Source: a bacterium
GTDB lineage: Bacteria; Zhuqueibacterota; Zhuqueibacteria; Residuimicrobiales; Krinioviventaceae
DNA length: 64,000 nucleotides
NCBI GenBank assembly: GCA_963674595.2
Contig: CAXXFV010000023.1
Coordinates: forward strand, 544,001 to 608,000
Reading direction: 5' to 3'
Shown: piece after piece, positions 22,327-32,645 of the stretch
How the letters are laid out: every line of letters begins with the position of its first letter
Position numbering within the stretch: position 1 is the first letter of the stretch
Position numbers and translations under genes: made by a program
Notes under the pieces: model-generated
Told to the model about the DNA's origin: nothing
Databases searched by the model: none
The model's input: only the letters and a program-made list of their open reading frames with translations

Positions 22327-22480
22327 TCAACGTGCCTTTCTGGTTTAGCAAAGGTTACGGGGTTTTTTCGGTAATAAGCAGAATACAATTTTACCGGGTG
22401 GATTGAACAGATCATCGGTATTTTATTTTAAAATTTTTAATCTGGTGGTTATTTCAAGGATTTATGTTATGTTAAAAAGA

Positions 22481-22536
22481 TATGAAAAAAAGACTTGAAA
22501 AACAGGATTTTTTCTGTTAAACGTCTTTTTTTCATA
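22481..22536 (-). terminator. Long hairpin downstream of GH92
   Basis: tatgaaaaaaagac ... gtctttttttcata 14-bp inverted repeat with inner stem. Confidence 0.6.
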
Positions 22537-22569
22537 ACGGTTGGATCTTATTTGTCCCCTTGATATTTC

Positions 22570-24816
22570 CTATTGTGCCGGCGGCAAAGGATCTGTTCCC
22601 CATTTTTTATTTGGACGAGGTCCCATTTGTAATTCCAGTTCAGCGCCGTCTATAATTTCTTTGTGTGTAATCCATGTCCTTGTCAATGGTTTTCCGTTTA
22701 TTGTTGCCGATTGGATATATTTATTCTGACGCGAATTGTTATGAGCTTTAATCGTAAATGACCGGCCGTTTGCCAGGCTGATGCTGATTTCTTTAAACAG
22801 AGGTGAGCCGATAATATAGACCGGTTGACCCGGACAGACAGGGTAGAAACCCATTGCTGAAAATACATACCAGGCAGACATGGCACCGCCGTCTTCATCC
22901 CCGCAGATTCCCATTAAATCGTTTCTGAACCAGGTATTCATCAACTGTCGTAACCGTTTCTGGCTTTTCCACGGTGCACCTGCATAGACATATAAATAGG
23001 GCACATGAAAACTCTGTTCGTTTCCCATAACAAACTGACCTACAAGTCCGGTGCCATCCGGAATTTCGCTGTGTTGTGTCCATCGGCAATAGCCAAATAA
23101 AGGTTCATTAAATAACTGGTCCAACCGGTTTATAAATTGTTTATTTCCGCCCATCAAATCGATCAGTCCCGCCACATCCTGTTGTACGTGGAACGAATAG
23201 GTCCATGAACTGATTTCTGCAAAATAGTCCCGACAACCGGTCCCGCCCGAACGTTTCGGATCAAACGGCTCAACCCAGGCACCATCGGCTGTTTTCGGAG
23301 ACATGAATCCGGTTTGCGGATTATATACATTTTTATAATTGTAACCGCGATTTTTCAAGAGAGTATAGTCATCTGTTTTGTTTAAGGATTGCGCAAGTTG
23401 GGCCAGGCACCATTCATCATAGGCGTGTTCCAGGGTTACGGCAACAGCCTGTCGTTTTTCAAAATCACTGACAGTTTTTACTGTTTCCGGTGTGCCCGGA
23501 GCAAGCGCCGGGAAATAGCCATGTTCCCTGTAAAAAGAGTCCAGTTCTGTGGCCTTGCCTTCCTGCCAGGGAACCATGGTTCCCGTTGCGGCATTTTTAT
23601 ACAAACCCTCGTAGGCAGAATCCATATCAAAATTTCGTAATCCTTTGAGCCATGCATCGGCGATGATTGCTGCCTGATGATGTCCGATCATACATTTACG
23701 ATCACCAAAAATTTGAGGAAAAGTCGGCATCCAGCCGCTCTGCTGATACATACGGACATAGGACTGAATAATATCTTGTTCCATGTCGGGATTTAACAAA
23801 ATCCGCAGCGGATGGTGAGCACGATAGGAATCCCAGCTCCAGTCATCTATATAAAAATCCCTGTCATCGCTATGGATTTTGTTGTCATAGGCACTGAAAT
23901 ATTTACCGTCCTCAGAGACGTTAACCATCCGTTCCAGGCATCGGTACAACGCTGAATAAAAAGCTGTTTTTTCATCATCCGTGCCGCCTTTTACCTGAAT
24001 TTTCCCCAACTCGCTGTTCCATTTTTCTTTGGCAGTCTGTTTGGTTTTTGTAAATGACCATTCAGGTATCTCATTTTCAAGGTTTATTCGAGCCTGGTCT
24101 ATGCTGATATAAGAGACACCGTATTTCATTTCAATGGTATCTGTCGGCAGCGTATTAAACGTAATAACGGCTTTTACATTATTACCGTTAACCTGGTTTT
24201 TTGAATTTTGCGGGGTATCGGCTTTGTACACATTATGAGAAACAAAGGATTTGTTAAAATTTATATAAACGAATTGTTGAACACCCTCGAATGATTCCAT
24301 TGCGCGGATTGATGTGTCATCAATAATATGAAATTCTGCATTGTCTTCACCATTCAGAACAAGATGGGATTCTTCCGGTTTTGTAAAGGAGAAACGATAA
24401 TATGCACAACGTTCCGTTGGTGTCAATTCCACATTGATATCATCATCTCCAAGGGTCACGGCATAATAATAGGGCTTTGCCGTTTCAAAATCATGATCAT
24501 ATTCCAAAGCCATTGCTTCAGGGTCGAAAACAAGTTCACCGGATACCGGCATGACAGACATAATATAACGATAACGGTGGGCCGGGCAGTTTATAGGAAA
24601 TCCATAGATTTTTGAGGCGAGATAGGTGTCTGAAATTCCCGGGGTTGTAATCGGTATAATCCGCACCATACTGTTCGGAATGTGTATTGTTGTAAATGTC
24701 GGCTGCAAAAGATGACTAATCGCACCGATATGAACATTTACGTTATCAACAATATCTTTAGCATTTGTTGTTGATGAAAAAAATATAAAAATTACAATTA
24801 AAATTATCTTTTTCAC
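22570..24816 (-). CDS. GH92 family alpha-mannosidase, secreted
   Basis: 'WDSYRAHHPL', 'CMIGHH', 'TLEHAYDEW', 'GNEQSFH', 'GDEDGGAMSAWYVFSAMGFYP'. Confidence 0.93.
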   Translation of the reverse strand: MKKIILIVIFIFFSSTTNAKDIVDNVNVHIGAISHLLQPTFTTIHIPNSMVRIIPITTPGISDTYLASKIYGFPINCPAHRYRYIMSVMPVSGELVFDPEAMALEYDHDFETAKPYYYAVTLGDDDINVELTPTERCAYYRFSFTKPEESHLVLNGEDNAEFHIIDDTSIRAMESFEGVQQFVYINFNKSFVSHNVYKADTPQNSKNQVNGNNVKAVITFNTLPTDTIEMKYGVSYISIDQARINLENEIPEWSFTKTKQTAKEKWNSELGKIQVKGGTDDEKTAFYSALYRCLERMVNVSEDGKYFSAYDNKIHSDDRDFYIDDWSWDSYRAHHPLRILLNPDMEQDIIQSYVRMYQQSGWMPTFPQIFGDRKCMIGHHQAAIIADAWLKGLRNFDMDSAYEGLYKNAATGTMVPWQEGKATELDSFYREHGYFPALAPGTPETVKTVSDFEKRQAVAVTLEHAYDEWCLAQLAQSLNKTDDYTLLKNRGYNYKNVYNPQTGFMSPKTADGAWVEPFDPKRSGGTGCRDYFAEISSWTYSFHVQQDVAGLIDLMGGNKQFINRLDQLFNEPLFGYCRWTQHSEIPDGTGLVGQFVMGNEQSFHVPYLYVYAGAPWKSQKRLRQLMNTWFRNDLMGICGDEDGGAMSAWYVFSAMGFYPVCPGQPVYIIGSPLFKEISISLANGRSFTIKAHNNSRQNKYIQSATINGKPLTRTWITHKEIIDGAELELQMGPRPNKKWGTDPLPPAQ

Positions 24817-24833
24817 AGTTTATTCCTTTATAA

Positions 24834-27440
24834 TTATCCGTTAGCAGGCCACCATTCCGGATTAGATGGTTCCAGAATTCCTTCTTCGATTGCGATTCCG
24901 TACATCGGGCCAAAACAGCCGATGAGTGTCCCTTCGTATCCGGTCGGTAATCCTTCCCATGACCGAAATTCATGTCCGGAGCCATGTCCGCCGTTAAAAA
25001 TGCCATCGGCATATCCTTCAGCAAGCTCTTTAGCCAAATTTTTTGCCCGGTCTGTTAATCCATGGATTGCTAAAGCTCTTAAATAATAAGTGGCCGGCCA
25101 TCCGCTGACACTTCCATCCGTATAGGTTTCAAAAGTCGGCAGATTATCATTTAAAATTTTGGGTAACATGTGATCGTCATCGCGAATAGGGAGCAGGTTG
25201 CAGGGTAATCCGATGCGGGCTGTTCCAGGTCCTGCATTGTCCCGTAATTCTTCCAAAGCTAAAAGTGCTTTTTTAGTCAGGGGTTTTTCCAACAAACCAA
25301 AGGCAATGGCAATGCCGTTTACCCATATAAAGGCATAATCGTGAAGTTGCTCGTCACGACTGCGCCAACCAGCGACCCAGCCTGTTTTTGGATTTAAAAG
25401 TACTTTGGCATAATTTTGAGATAAATTTTTTGCTGCTTTTCGGCATTCACGAACCAGGTCACGATGATTCGAAAGATCATCCAACATTGCTGCTGCGTTT
25501 CGAAACGCACGATAGGCCCAGGCATTGACATATCCGTCAATATGTCCAAATCCAACGACATCCATTGCGTTGGAACTCCAGCGATAAGAACCCGAGTTGC
25601 CGCTCAGTTCTTTGCAAATCAGCATACCATTATTTCCGATTTGGCTCAACATTCTGGTAATGGTATTTAAAAGACCGGGTTCAATGTGTTTTAACCATTT
25701 TATATCCGGATTGGCCTGATGAATCCGTCCGGCAGCAGAAACAAGCACCGGATCAGAGTCAAGATAAAGATTACGCCAATACCCATATCCGCCGCCGTCC
25801 AATATCGCTCTGCCGACTGTAAACCTGGCGAGATCAAGAGGATTAGGCCCATAAGCAGGTCGCTTTGTATGAGCAACTATTTCAATGGGGGTGCCTTGTG
25901 ATAAATGGCAATTTACTGAAGCCGAATGATTGGAGAATCCTCTGTATTCCGGTCTAAAGCAGGAGAAAACCGTACCCCAGTGTTTTTTAAGGCCATCACT
26001 CGGTTCCGGCGAGTTTTGTTTATTTATCGGTTCAAAGTTATCGAGAGCCAGTTCAAAAACAGCTTGCTTCTTGCCGGTGGGAACAACCTGACAATGGTTT
26101 TCTCCGGGATGTTTACCAAAGACAAAACCACTGGTTACGCATTCTTCAAAACGGTAACTCTCAGCTTGTAATCTTGTTTCCTGTGGGTCGCCGTTTACAA
26201 GACGGCATGATAAACATCCGTTTCCGTCACTTGCCCACATTGCCGGCAGCATTATATCGCCGTTTCGTCCCGGTTTCAGGGTCGGCGTACCGGCCAGGCC
26301 TGTGATCCCCTTGGTTATGTCCCATGCCAGTCTCCATGACTCTGCTTCGATAACAGGAATTTTCTCGTTGCAGGTTTGCGAAAGTTCAACTTTTAAATGA
26401 TCACTTTCCACTGTAAAGATTGCATCGATTTTTAACCCATCGAATACGTGGAGATTCTCATATATAATACGGTTGCCATCCACGGATACATCTCCGGTCC
26501 AGAGATGTGCCGGATAATCTCCGTACAAAGTCCGCAGCAATGGACCGCTTACACCACCCATTTTTTTGTCTTTTTGTGGTTGTCTTGAGGCAAAAAGCCG
26601 ATTTTTATGAGCATTTTCGCCACCGATAATGTCCCATCCTAGATGCATAAGAACCGGGCGGTATAGTGAAAACCCAACTGAAAAATATTTACCTTTATAA
26701 AGAAGCATATCCGGTAAATCAAAAATTCCCATTCCTTTTGGGGCGATAGGATTGATTTTTTTCTGATATAATATTGGTTTGTGCTCTACTTTGACGGAAT
26801 GCATGTTCGAATATTTCCCGTACGCTTTAATTTTATTCAAAATTCCAAAAGGAACGTTAAAAATTCCTCCGTTACATTCTCCATGATTCGGCCAGACCTC
26901 ATGTTCTCGATCGCAGATAATTCTCAAATGGTCCGTTTTTAGCTCCAGGGGAATCTTGAACGGTGGTTCTTTTAAAACACGATTTAAATGTTCATTCATT
27001 TTTTCAATCGACATATTTTGTGATAAACCTTTTCCTGATATCCTTTCATCAACCGGAAGGTTAATTTCGTGGACTGTTTGCCACAGAAGGGTCTTGCGAT
27101 CCAATATTGAAAAAATAATGTGAGCCGGATGGGCCGGCACATCCGGTACCCATCTACCATATACCAGTTTACCAAGTTCAACGTGATTTAAATGGACAGA
27201 TTTATTAAAACGTAAATATTTAATGCATGTTTGTCCATCAATTTTAATTCCCAGCTTTGGATTCATAACATGTTGAATGCCGCCGTGTGTAATGGCATCG
27301 TCAGCCAGATGTTCATACTTGATTTTTTTCGGTTGAGTTTTAGAATCATCATGAGATAAAGCATTTTCAGGCAGCGCCGTTGCTGCCAGGGCTGCTATTC
27401 CTGTTTTTAATACCTGACGTCGATTCATCTTTGAGTCCAT
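24834..27440 (-). CDS. Tat-exported hypothetical protein with C-terminal (alpha/alpha)6 glycosidase-like domain
   Basis: Twin-arginine 'NRRQVLK'; C-terminal 'DVVGFGHIDGYVNAWAYRA', 'NGIAIAFGL', 'YTDG'. Confidence 0.6.
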   Translation of the reverse strand: MDSKMNRRQVLKTGIAALAATALPENALSHDDSKTQPKKIKYEHLADDAITHGGIQHVMNPKLGIKIDGQTCIKYLRFNKSVHLNHVELGKLVYGRWVPDVPAHPAHIIFSILDRKTLLWQTVHEINLPVDERISGKGLSQNMSIEKMNEHLNRVLKEPPFKIPLELKTDHLRIICDREHEVWPNHGECNGGIFNVPFGILNKIKAYGKYSNMHSVKVEHKPILYQKKINPIAPKGMGIFDLPDMLLYKGKYFSVGFSLYRPVLMHLGWDIIGGENAHKNRLFASRQPQKDKKMGGVSGPLLRTLYGDYPAHLWTGDVSVDGNRIIYENLHVFDGLKIDAIFTVESDHLKVELSQTCNEKIPVIEAESWRLAWDITKGITGLAGTPTLKPGRNGDIMLPAMWASDGNGCLSCRLVNGDPQETRLQAESYRFEECVTSGFVFGKHPGENHCQVVPTGKKQAVFELALDNFEPINKQNSPEPSDGLKKHWGTVFSCFRPEYRGFSNHSASVNCHLSQGTPIEIVAHTKRPAYGPNPLDLARFTVGRAILDGGGYGYWRNLYLDSDPVLVSAAGRIHQANPDIKWLKHIEPGLLNTITRMLSQIGNNGMLICKELSGNSGSYRWSSNAMDVVGFGHIDGYVNAWAYRAFRNAAAMLDDLSNHRDLVRECRKAAKNLSQNYAKVLLNPKTGWVAGWRSRDEQLHDYAFIWVNGIAIAFGLLEKPLTKKALLALEELRDNAGPGTARIGLPCNLLPIRDDDHMLPKILNDNLPTFETYTDGSVSGWPATYYLRALAIHGLTDRAKNLAKELAEGYADGIFNGGHGSGHEFRSWEGLPTGYEGTLIGCFGPMYGIAIEEGILEPSNPEWWPANG

Positions 27441-27654
27441 ATTACTGCCTTTTATTTTTTTGTACTTGAAGAAAAGTATATTTATTGTCTACCAGACAAT
27501 GGAATTAAAATGTTTTGACGTGTTCTCAAATGAAATTCATTTTAATGTGTGCAAAAAACCGTGTTTTATCACGAACGATGAGTAAAGGAATGTGTCAGGA
27601 TTGTCTGTAAGCTCATAACTGTTTTAAAAACCAACTGTTTATGGTTGACAGTAA

Positions 27655-27683
27655 ATAATACAAATCATGCCTGAACAACGCAA
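27655..27683 (-). promoter_or_regulatory. Sigma70-type promoter TTGCGT-N17-TATTAT
   Basis: 17-bp spacer; TTTG before the -10, as at 5938, 13278 and 18302. Confidence 0.55.
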
Positions 27684-27947
27684 GAAATTTTTTAACAATT
27701 TATTAGAAAAATACATTTGAATTAGGTTTCGTTTTTATAATTATTCTCATAAGGAACCATTACTATTCCGTATTTAATACAAATTATTTTTTGTACATAA
27801 GGAATAATTTTAAAAACAATTGTAAACATAAAGATAGTGCTTGCCATTTATTAGATAATTCTTTATTTTAAAAAAGTTTAGTTTGTACTTTTTGTTTTTG
27901 AGTGATAAATAGTTCTTTATATAAATTCGTTTTAATGAGGAATTAAT

Positions 27948-28517
27948 ATGCTTGTTCTGATGATTCTACTGGGCCTTGTTATTGCCGTAATTTTGTTGAT
28001 TTTAATACTTTCATCAAACTCAAAAAAAACAAAACCTGACTTTCATCAGGAACCCCTCAAGCCATTATCAGCAGAAGACATTCGTAAATTCTATACAATT
28101 GATGGTCAATATTTCCCGCCGGAAAGTTTAACAAAGAGATCAATTGATGAGGTAATAGCCAACTCACGTTTAAAATTGGTGCGTGGTAGCGATGTTCAAT
28201 CACTTCATCCTATTGGTCATGAAGGATTATTTTACGTTTTTAACGATCGTGGTAATTTGGAAGAAATTTGTATTTCTGCAGATTATAACACTGATTTTTT
28301 CGGGATAAGTACAGGGTATCCGGAAAGGGTGCTGCAGCAGCTTGGGTATGAAATGAAAATGCAAAAAGTTGCAGGCAGCCGAAATACACCTACAAAAATG
28401 CAGTATTGGGTAAAAGGAGAACATTACGTTGTGATAAGCCGGGTTGGCGCTAGTCGCAAAGGCGGAGTTTTAACAGAAATGATGTACACGTCCGGTGCTT
28501 TACCTAAAAAACTATAA
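27948..28517 (+). CDS. Hypothetical protein with N-terminal membrane anchor
   Basis: GAGG RBS; single hydrophobic N-terminal helix; hairpin catcaag...cttgatg after the stop. Confidence 0.65.
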   Translation: MLVLMILLGLVIAVILLILILSSNSKKTKPDFHQEPLKPLSAEDIRKFYTIDGQYFPPESLTKRSIDEVIANSRLKLVRGSDVQSLHPIGHEGLFYVFNDRGNLEEICISADYNTDFFGISTGYPERVLQQLGYEMKMQKVAGSRNTPTKMQYWVKGEHYVVISRVGASRKGGVLTEMMYTSGALPKKL

Positions 28518-28625
28518 CCATCAAGTTAGCGGCTTGATGCTTCATATCAAGGGTTGTTTTTATTTGTCCTGTTCAAGCATTTGTTATTAATTTAACAGGG
28601 ATCGTTTTTTTTGAGGGAATAACAA

Positions 28626-30149
28626 ATGAACTGCAAAAATTATTCTCATTCCGACCTGTGCCGAATACTCGAAGACAAACAATTAGAAATTTCAAACCTG
28701 ACATCTGAACTAGACAATCAGAAAAAATATATCCAGGCTATTTTACAGGAAAGGGAGGGATGGCATAAGGTATTTCAGAACATTGCAATACCGACTATGA
28801 TTTTGGATACTGATTATGTGATTCGACATGTAAATGATGCCACCCTGGAAGCTTTTAAATGCGACAGGAATGATTTTATAGGCAAAAAATGTTATAAGAT
28901 TTTTCATAATGGCTCAACAGCGGAAAATTGTCCTTTACAGGAATCTGTAGAAAAACAAAATAGTGTTTTTCATGAAATATTTATAAGTGCGCTTGATGGT
29001 GAATTTTTAGTTGCTTGTCGACCTATACCCGGTGACAATGGCAAGATTGAACAGATATTACATATTGCAACAGATATTTCAACAAATAAAAAAATTCAAC
29101 AAAAACTTTACGAGAGTGAACATAAATTTCGGAGTTTTTTTAATACGGTCAACGATGTGCTCCTGGTGCACTATATTGATAAAAAGGGTGTTTTTTCGAA
29201 TTTTATTGAAGCCAATGAAAACGCCTGCTCAGTATTGGGATATACGAAGAAAGAACTATTAAAACTATGTCCTAAAGACATTGTTGATTCTTCTTCTAAT
29301 AGTTTGGCTAATCCAGGGGATTTCAAGGATTTACTTGTTGAAGATGGAAAGGCTGTTTTTGAACGGACTTTTGTAACAAAAGAGGGACAAAGGATTCCTG
29401 TTGAAATTAGTTCACATCGATTTTCTATGGATGGCAAAGCTGTTATTCTGTCAGTCGCACGTAATATTAAAGAGCGAAAGATCACAGAGAAAAAACTTTA
29501 TGATCAGGTTAAAGAAAAAGAGGTCCTTTTAAAAGAAATTCATCATCGTGTTAAAAATAATTTGCAAATAATCAGCAGTCTGCTGGGTTTACAATCCCAA
29601 TATATTAATGATAAAAATATGTTGTCTGTTTTTAAGGAAAGTCAGGCCCGTATACGATCTATGGCGCTTGTTCATGAAAATTTATACCAATCACAAGACC
29701 TTGCTCATATAAATTTGGGGAAATATATAATAAAGTTAGTAAGTGATCTTTATCATACCTATAATATAAATTACCGGGTGATAAATATTAAAACAGATTT
29801 GCAGGATATATTTTTAAATATTGAATACGCTATCCCTTGCGGGCTTATTATAAATGAATTGGTCTCAAATTCTTTAAAATATGCTTTTCCTGACACGTTT
29901 CAAGGTGACTGTTATATAAGTATTATTTTAAAAGAAATTGATGATAAAATTGAAATTGTTGTTCAGGACAACGGGGTTGGATTTCCACAAAATATTGATC
30001 TGCATAATACACCGTCATTGGGATTACATTTGGTAAGTATTTTAGCTGAAGAACAGTTGGACGGACGCGTTGTATTGGAAAAAGGCACGGGAACAAAATT
30101 TACAATTGATTTTCAATGCTGTCATGAAACGGGGCAAGATGAAAAGTGA
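28626..30149 (+). CDS. Soluble PAS-PAS sensor histidine kinase (HisKA_2 type)
   Basis: H-box 'EIHHRVKNNLQII', N-box 'NELVSNSLKYAF', 'DNGVG', 'SLGL'; two PAS/PAC domains. Confidence 0.93.
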   Translation: MNCKNYSHSDLCRILEDKQLEISNLTSELDNQKKYIQAILQEREGWHKVFQNIAIPTMILDTDYVIRHVNDATLEAFKCDRNDFIGKKCYKIFHNGSTAENCPLQESVEKQNSVFHEIFISALDGEFLVACRPIPGDNGKIEQILHIATDISTNKKIQQKLYESEHKFRSFFNTVNDVLLVHYIDKKGVFSNFIEANENACSVLGYTKKELLKLCPKDIVDSSSNSLANPGDFKDLLVEDGKAVFERTFVTKEGQRIPVEISSHRFSMDGKAVILSVARNIKERKITEKKLYDQVKEKEVLLKEIHHRVKNNLQIISSLLGLQSQYINDKNMLSVFKESQARIRSMALVHENLYQSQDLAHINLGKYIIKLVSDLYHTYNINYRVINIKTDLQDIFLNIEYAIPCGLIINELVSNSLKYAFPDTFQGDCYISIILKEIDDKIEIVVQDNGVGFPQNIDLHNTPSLGLHLVSILAEEQLDGRVVLEKGTGTKFTIDFQCCHETGQDEK

Positions 30150-31098
30150 GTTGCTTGTGGTGTTACAGGAATTGAACGAAGAAATACTGATTGTCAATCA
30201 AAAAGTTGCCTCAAGAAATCGTTTAAGGACAAAAATTAATCGAATCCTGGGACACATTAACCAGGAAAAGAAAAGACTAGACGGTCTCAAGATCAAAATG
30301 CAAAAAGAATTTGCGGATGTTGAAAAGCTTGAATCGATAAATTTAAGCTCTTTGATTTTGAAGATAAAAGGATCCATCAAGGAACAATATAACAAGGAAC
30401 AGCAGGAATATTATGCTGTTCGTCTTCAATATAATCAATGCAAACATTCGATTGAAAAGCTTGAAAACGATGTTATTGAATTACGTGATAAACTTGCTGT
30501 TTATTCAACTGTTGATGATGAATACAAAGCATTATTATTAAAAAAGGATAAATTATTAAAACAACACCATGATGTTAAAGTTGAAAAATTTTCAGCGGAA
30601 TTGACGGCAATTCAAACTGAAAAGACAGAAATTAGCGAAGCGATAAGCGCAGGGGATTCCTTGCTGGAAGAAATGAACAAGCTGGTTAAAATTTTGAATA
30701 AAGCAAGAGGGTGGGGAGTATTTGACTTGTTTGGCGGAGGATTGATAGCCACTGCTGTTAAACATTCAAAAATAAATCAGGCACAGGAAATTATTCACCA
30801 CGTTCAATATCTTTTAAATAAATTTCAGGATGAATTAAAAGATATTAACTTGTCATCTGATACTTTGGAAAAGATTGAGCTGGGTTCTTTTTCTCAGTTT
30901 GCGGATTATTTTTTTGACGGATTGATTGTCGATTGGATCGTACAGGCAAAAATAAAAAAGTCTTATGATAGTTCGAAACAACTTTTGTTCCGTGTAAATC
31001 TTTTGGTCAAGGGATTAAGAAAAAGATATGAACTGCTGGAAAAAGACAGGAATGTATTACGGGGAAAATATAAACAATATGTTGAATCTGTTTCCTGA
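30139..31098 (+). CDS. Conserved coiled-coil hypothetical protein
   Basis: Long heptad-rich helices; 'WGVFDLFGGGLIATAVKH' and 'FADYFFDGLIVDWIVQ'. ATG 30139 overlaps the kinase stop by 11 bp. Confidence 0.7.
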   Translation: MKSELLVVLQELNEEILIVNQKVASRNRLRTKINRILGHINQEKKRLDGLKIKMQKEFADVEKLESINLSSLILKIKGSIKEQYNKEQQEYYAVRLQYNQCKHSIEKLENDVIELRDKLAVYSTVDDEYKALLLKKDKLLKQHHDVKVEKFSAELTAIQTEKTEISEAISAGDSLLEEMNKLVKILNKARGWGVFDLFGGGLIATAVKHSKINQAQEIIHHVQYLLNKFQDELKDINLSSDTLEKIELGSFSQFADYFFDGLIVDWIVQAKIKKSYDSSKQLLFRVNLLVKGLRKRYELLEKDRNVLRGKYKQYVESVS

Positions 31099-31127
31099 TC
31101 TTTTTCTTTTACCTGCCTACAAACTGC

Positions 31128-31156
31128 TTGCAATTCAATAATATTTTTAGTATGAT
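31128..31156 (+). promoter_or_regulatory. Sigma70-type promoter TTGCAA-N17-TATGAT
   Basis: 17-bp spacer upstream of the FkbM start at 31194. Confidence 0.55.
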
Positions 31157-31193
31157 TTTTATTCGCTGCTGGAATTTATTAATAAAGGAACTT

Positions 31194-31967
31194 ATGAAGT
31201 TTGCCAAAAATATACTCTATCGTCTCAATCTGCTTGAGCCGATTCGTGTTTTGTTAAATCGTTATAGCGGATTAAATCCGTTATCTTTGCAAAATAGCCG
31301 AAATATGAAACAGTTTTATCAGCAGTTTGTAGAGCCGGATGAAATGTGTTTTGATGTCGGGGCAAATTATGGTAACCGCAGCCGTATATTTCTTAGGCTT
31401 GGGGCCAGGGTTGTCGCTGTTGAACCTCAGCAGAGTTGTGTGAAATTTTTGGAAAAAGAATTTTCGAAAAATAAAAATTTTGTTCTTGAAAAAGTGGGAC
31501 TTTCATCTCAGGAAGGCGTAGCGGAATTATCAGTTTGTCCGGATACGCCGGAAATTTCAACATTGTCTGAAAAATGGAAAAGCGACAGTCGCCATGCGTC
31601 CGGAAATGTGTGGCAGGAAAAACAACAAATTCAGCTTACCACGCTTGATAAACTGATTCAAAAACATGGTATGCCCGGATTTTGCAAAATCGATGTTGAA
31701 GGTTATGAAATTGAGGTTTTAAAGGGTCTCACTCAGCCGATTCCGGTTGTTAGTTTTGAATTTACCAAAGAGTTTTTAAACGATGCTCAAGAGTGTATGA
31801 ATTTGTTAACGGCGATACATGACTATGAGTTTAATTACTCCACAGGAGAAAATCATCAATTAACTTCTAAAGAATGGTTGAGTAAAGATGACCTGTTTAA
31901 AGTGTTGAACAACAATTCGGATTCTGAATTGTGGGGCGATATTTATGCACGACGAAAAAACGGATAA
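31194..31967 (+). CDS. FkbM family methyltransferase
   Basis: 'FDVGANYG', 'VAVEP', 'TTLD', 'KIDVEGYE'. ATG 31194 with AAGGA RBS. Confidence 0.92.
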   Translation: MKFAKNILYRLNLLEPIRVLLNRYSGLNPLSLQNSRNMKQFYQQFVEPDEMCFDVGANYGNRSRIFLRLGARVVAVEPQQSCVKFLEKEFSKNKNFVLEKVGLSSQEGVAELSVCPDTPEISTLSEKWKSDSRHASGNVWQEKQQIQLTTLDKLIQKHGMPGFCKIDVEGYEIEVLKGLTQPIPVVSFEFTKEFLNDAQECMNLLTAIHDYEFNYSTGENHQLTSKEWLSKDDLFKVLNNNSDSELWGDIYARRKNG

Positions 31968-31973
31968 TAAAGA

Positions 31974-32645
31974 ATGAAATATGATTTTTATAACAAGGAC
32001 CGACTTTATAAACCGGGTTTGGCTGTAAAATGTCGTAACCGGCTGCATAAAAAAATATTACAGGGTTTGAATTTAAAATCCGTCTGTGAAGTCGGTGTTG
32101 GTTTTGCCGAATTTGCAAATTATTGTCGTGACAACGGAATTTCCTGGGTCGGAATAGATGCCAATGATAATTTATGTAATCTTTTGCGACAAGAAGGATT
32201 TACGGTTTACAAATCAGTTATGCCCCAGTTTCCGGAGATTCAGGAAGAATGTGATGCTGTTTTTGCTTCTCATTTTATTGAGCACCTTAATAATGTTCAG
32301 GAAGCTTTGGCTTTTGTTCAATCCAGCCGTGATTTGTTAAAAAGTAAGGGCGGCAGGTACATTATTCTGCTTTATCCGGATATTGAAAAGATAGGCGCCT
32401 TTTTCTGGCAGGATTATACACATAGTTTTGTTACAACAAAAAAACGTATTGAAGATTTGTTGTATGATTCTGATTTTGAAATCGTAAAAAGCGGTCGATA
32501 CACAGCCTGTTTTTTTCGTTTGTCCGGTTTGACAAGTTTTATCGGAAAGATTTTCCCGTACTTTTTACTGCCGGCAAAAATTGCCCTGTTTGCACGCCTT
32601 TCTTTTCAGCAGCATTCTTATACAATCGCAAAAATAAAATCCTGA
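31974..32645 (+). CDS. Class I SAM-dependent methyltransferase
   Basis: 'CEVGVGFA', 'SHFIEH', 'FWQDYTH'. Confidence 0.82.
   Translation: MKYDFYNKDRLYKPGLAVKCRNRLHKKILQGLNLKSVCEVGVGFAEFANYCRDNGISWVGIDANDNLCNLLRQEGFTVYKSVMPQFPEIQEECDAVFASHFIEHLNNVQEALAFVQSSRDLLKSKGGRYIILLYPDIEKIGAFFWQDYTHSFVTTKKRIEDLLYDSDFEIVKSGRYTACFFRLSGLTSFIGKIFPYFLLPAKIALFARLSFQQHSYTIAKIKS

Noticed and set aside
27441-27947. tRNA, riboswitch or other ncRNA in the long intergenic regions (also 34277-34620 and 49030-49372)
   Set aside because: Very AT-rich divergent promoter regions with no recognisable tRNA or riboswitch signature by eye. An Rfam scan would be needed to exclude one fully.
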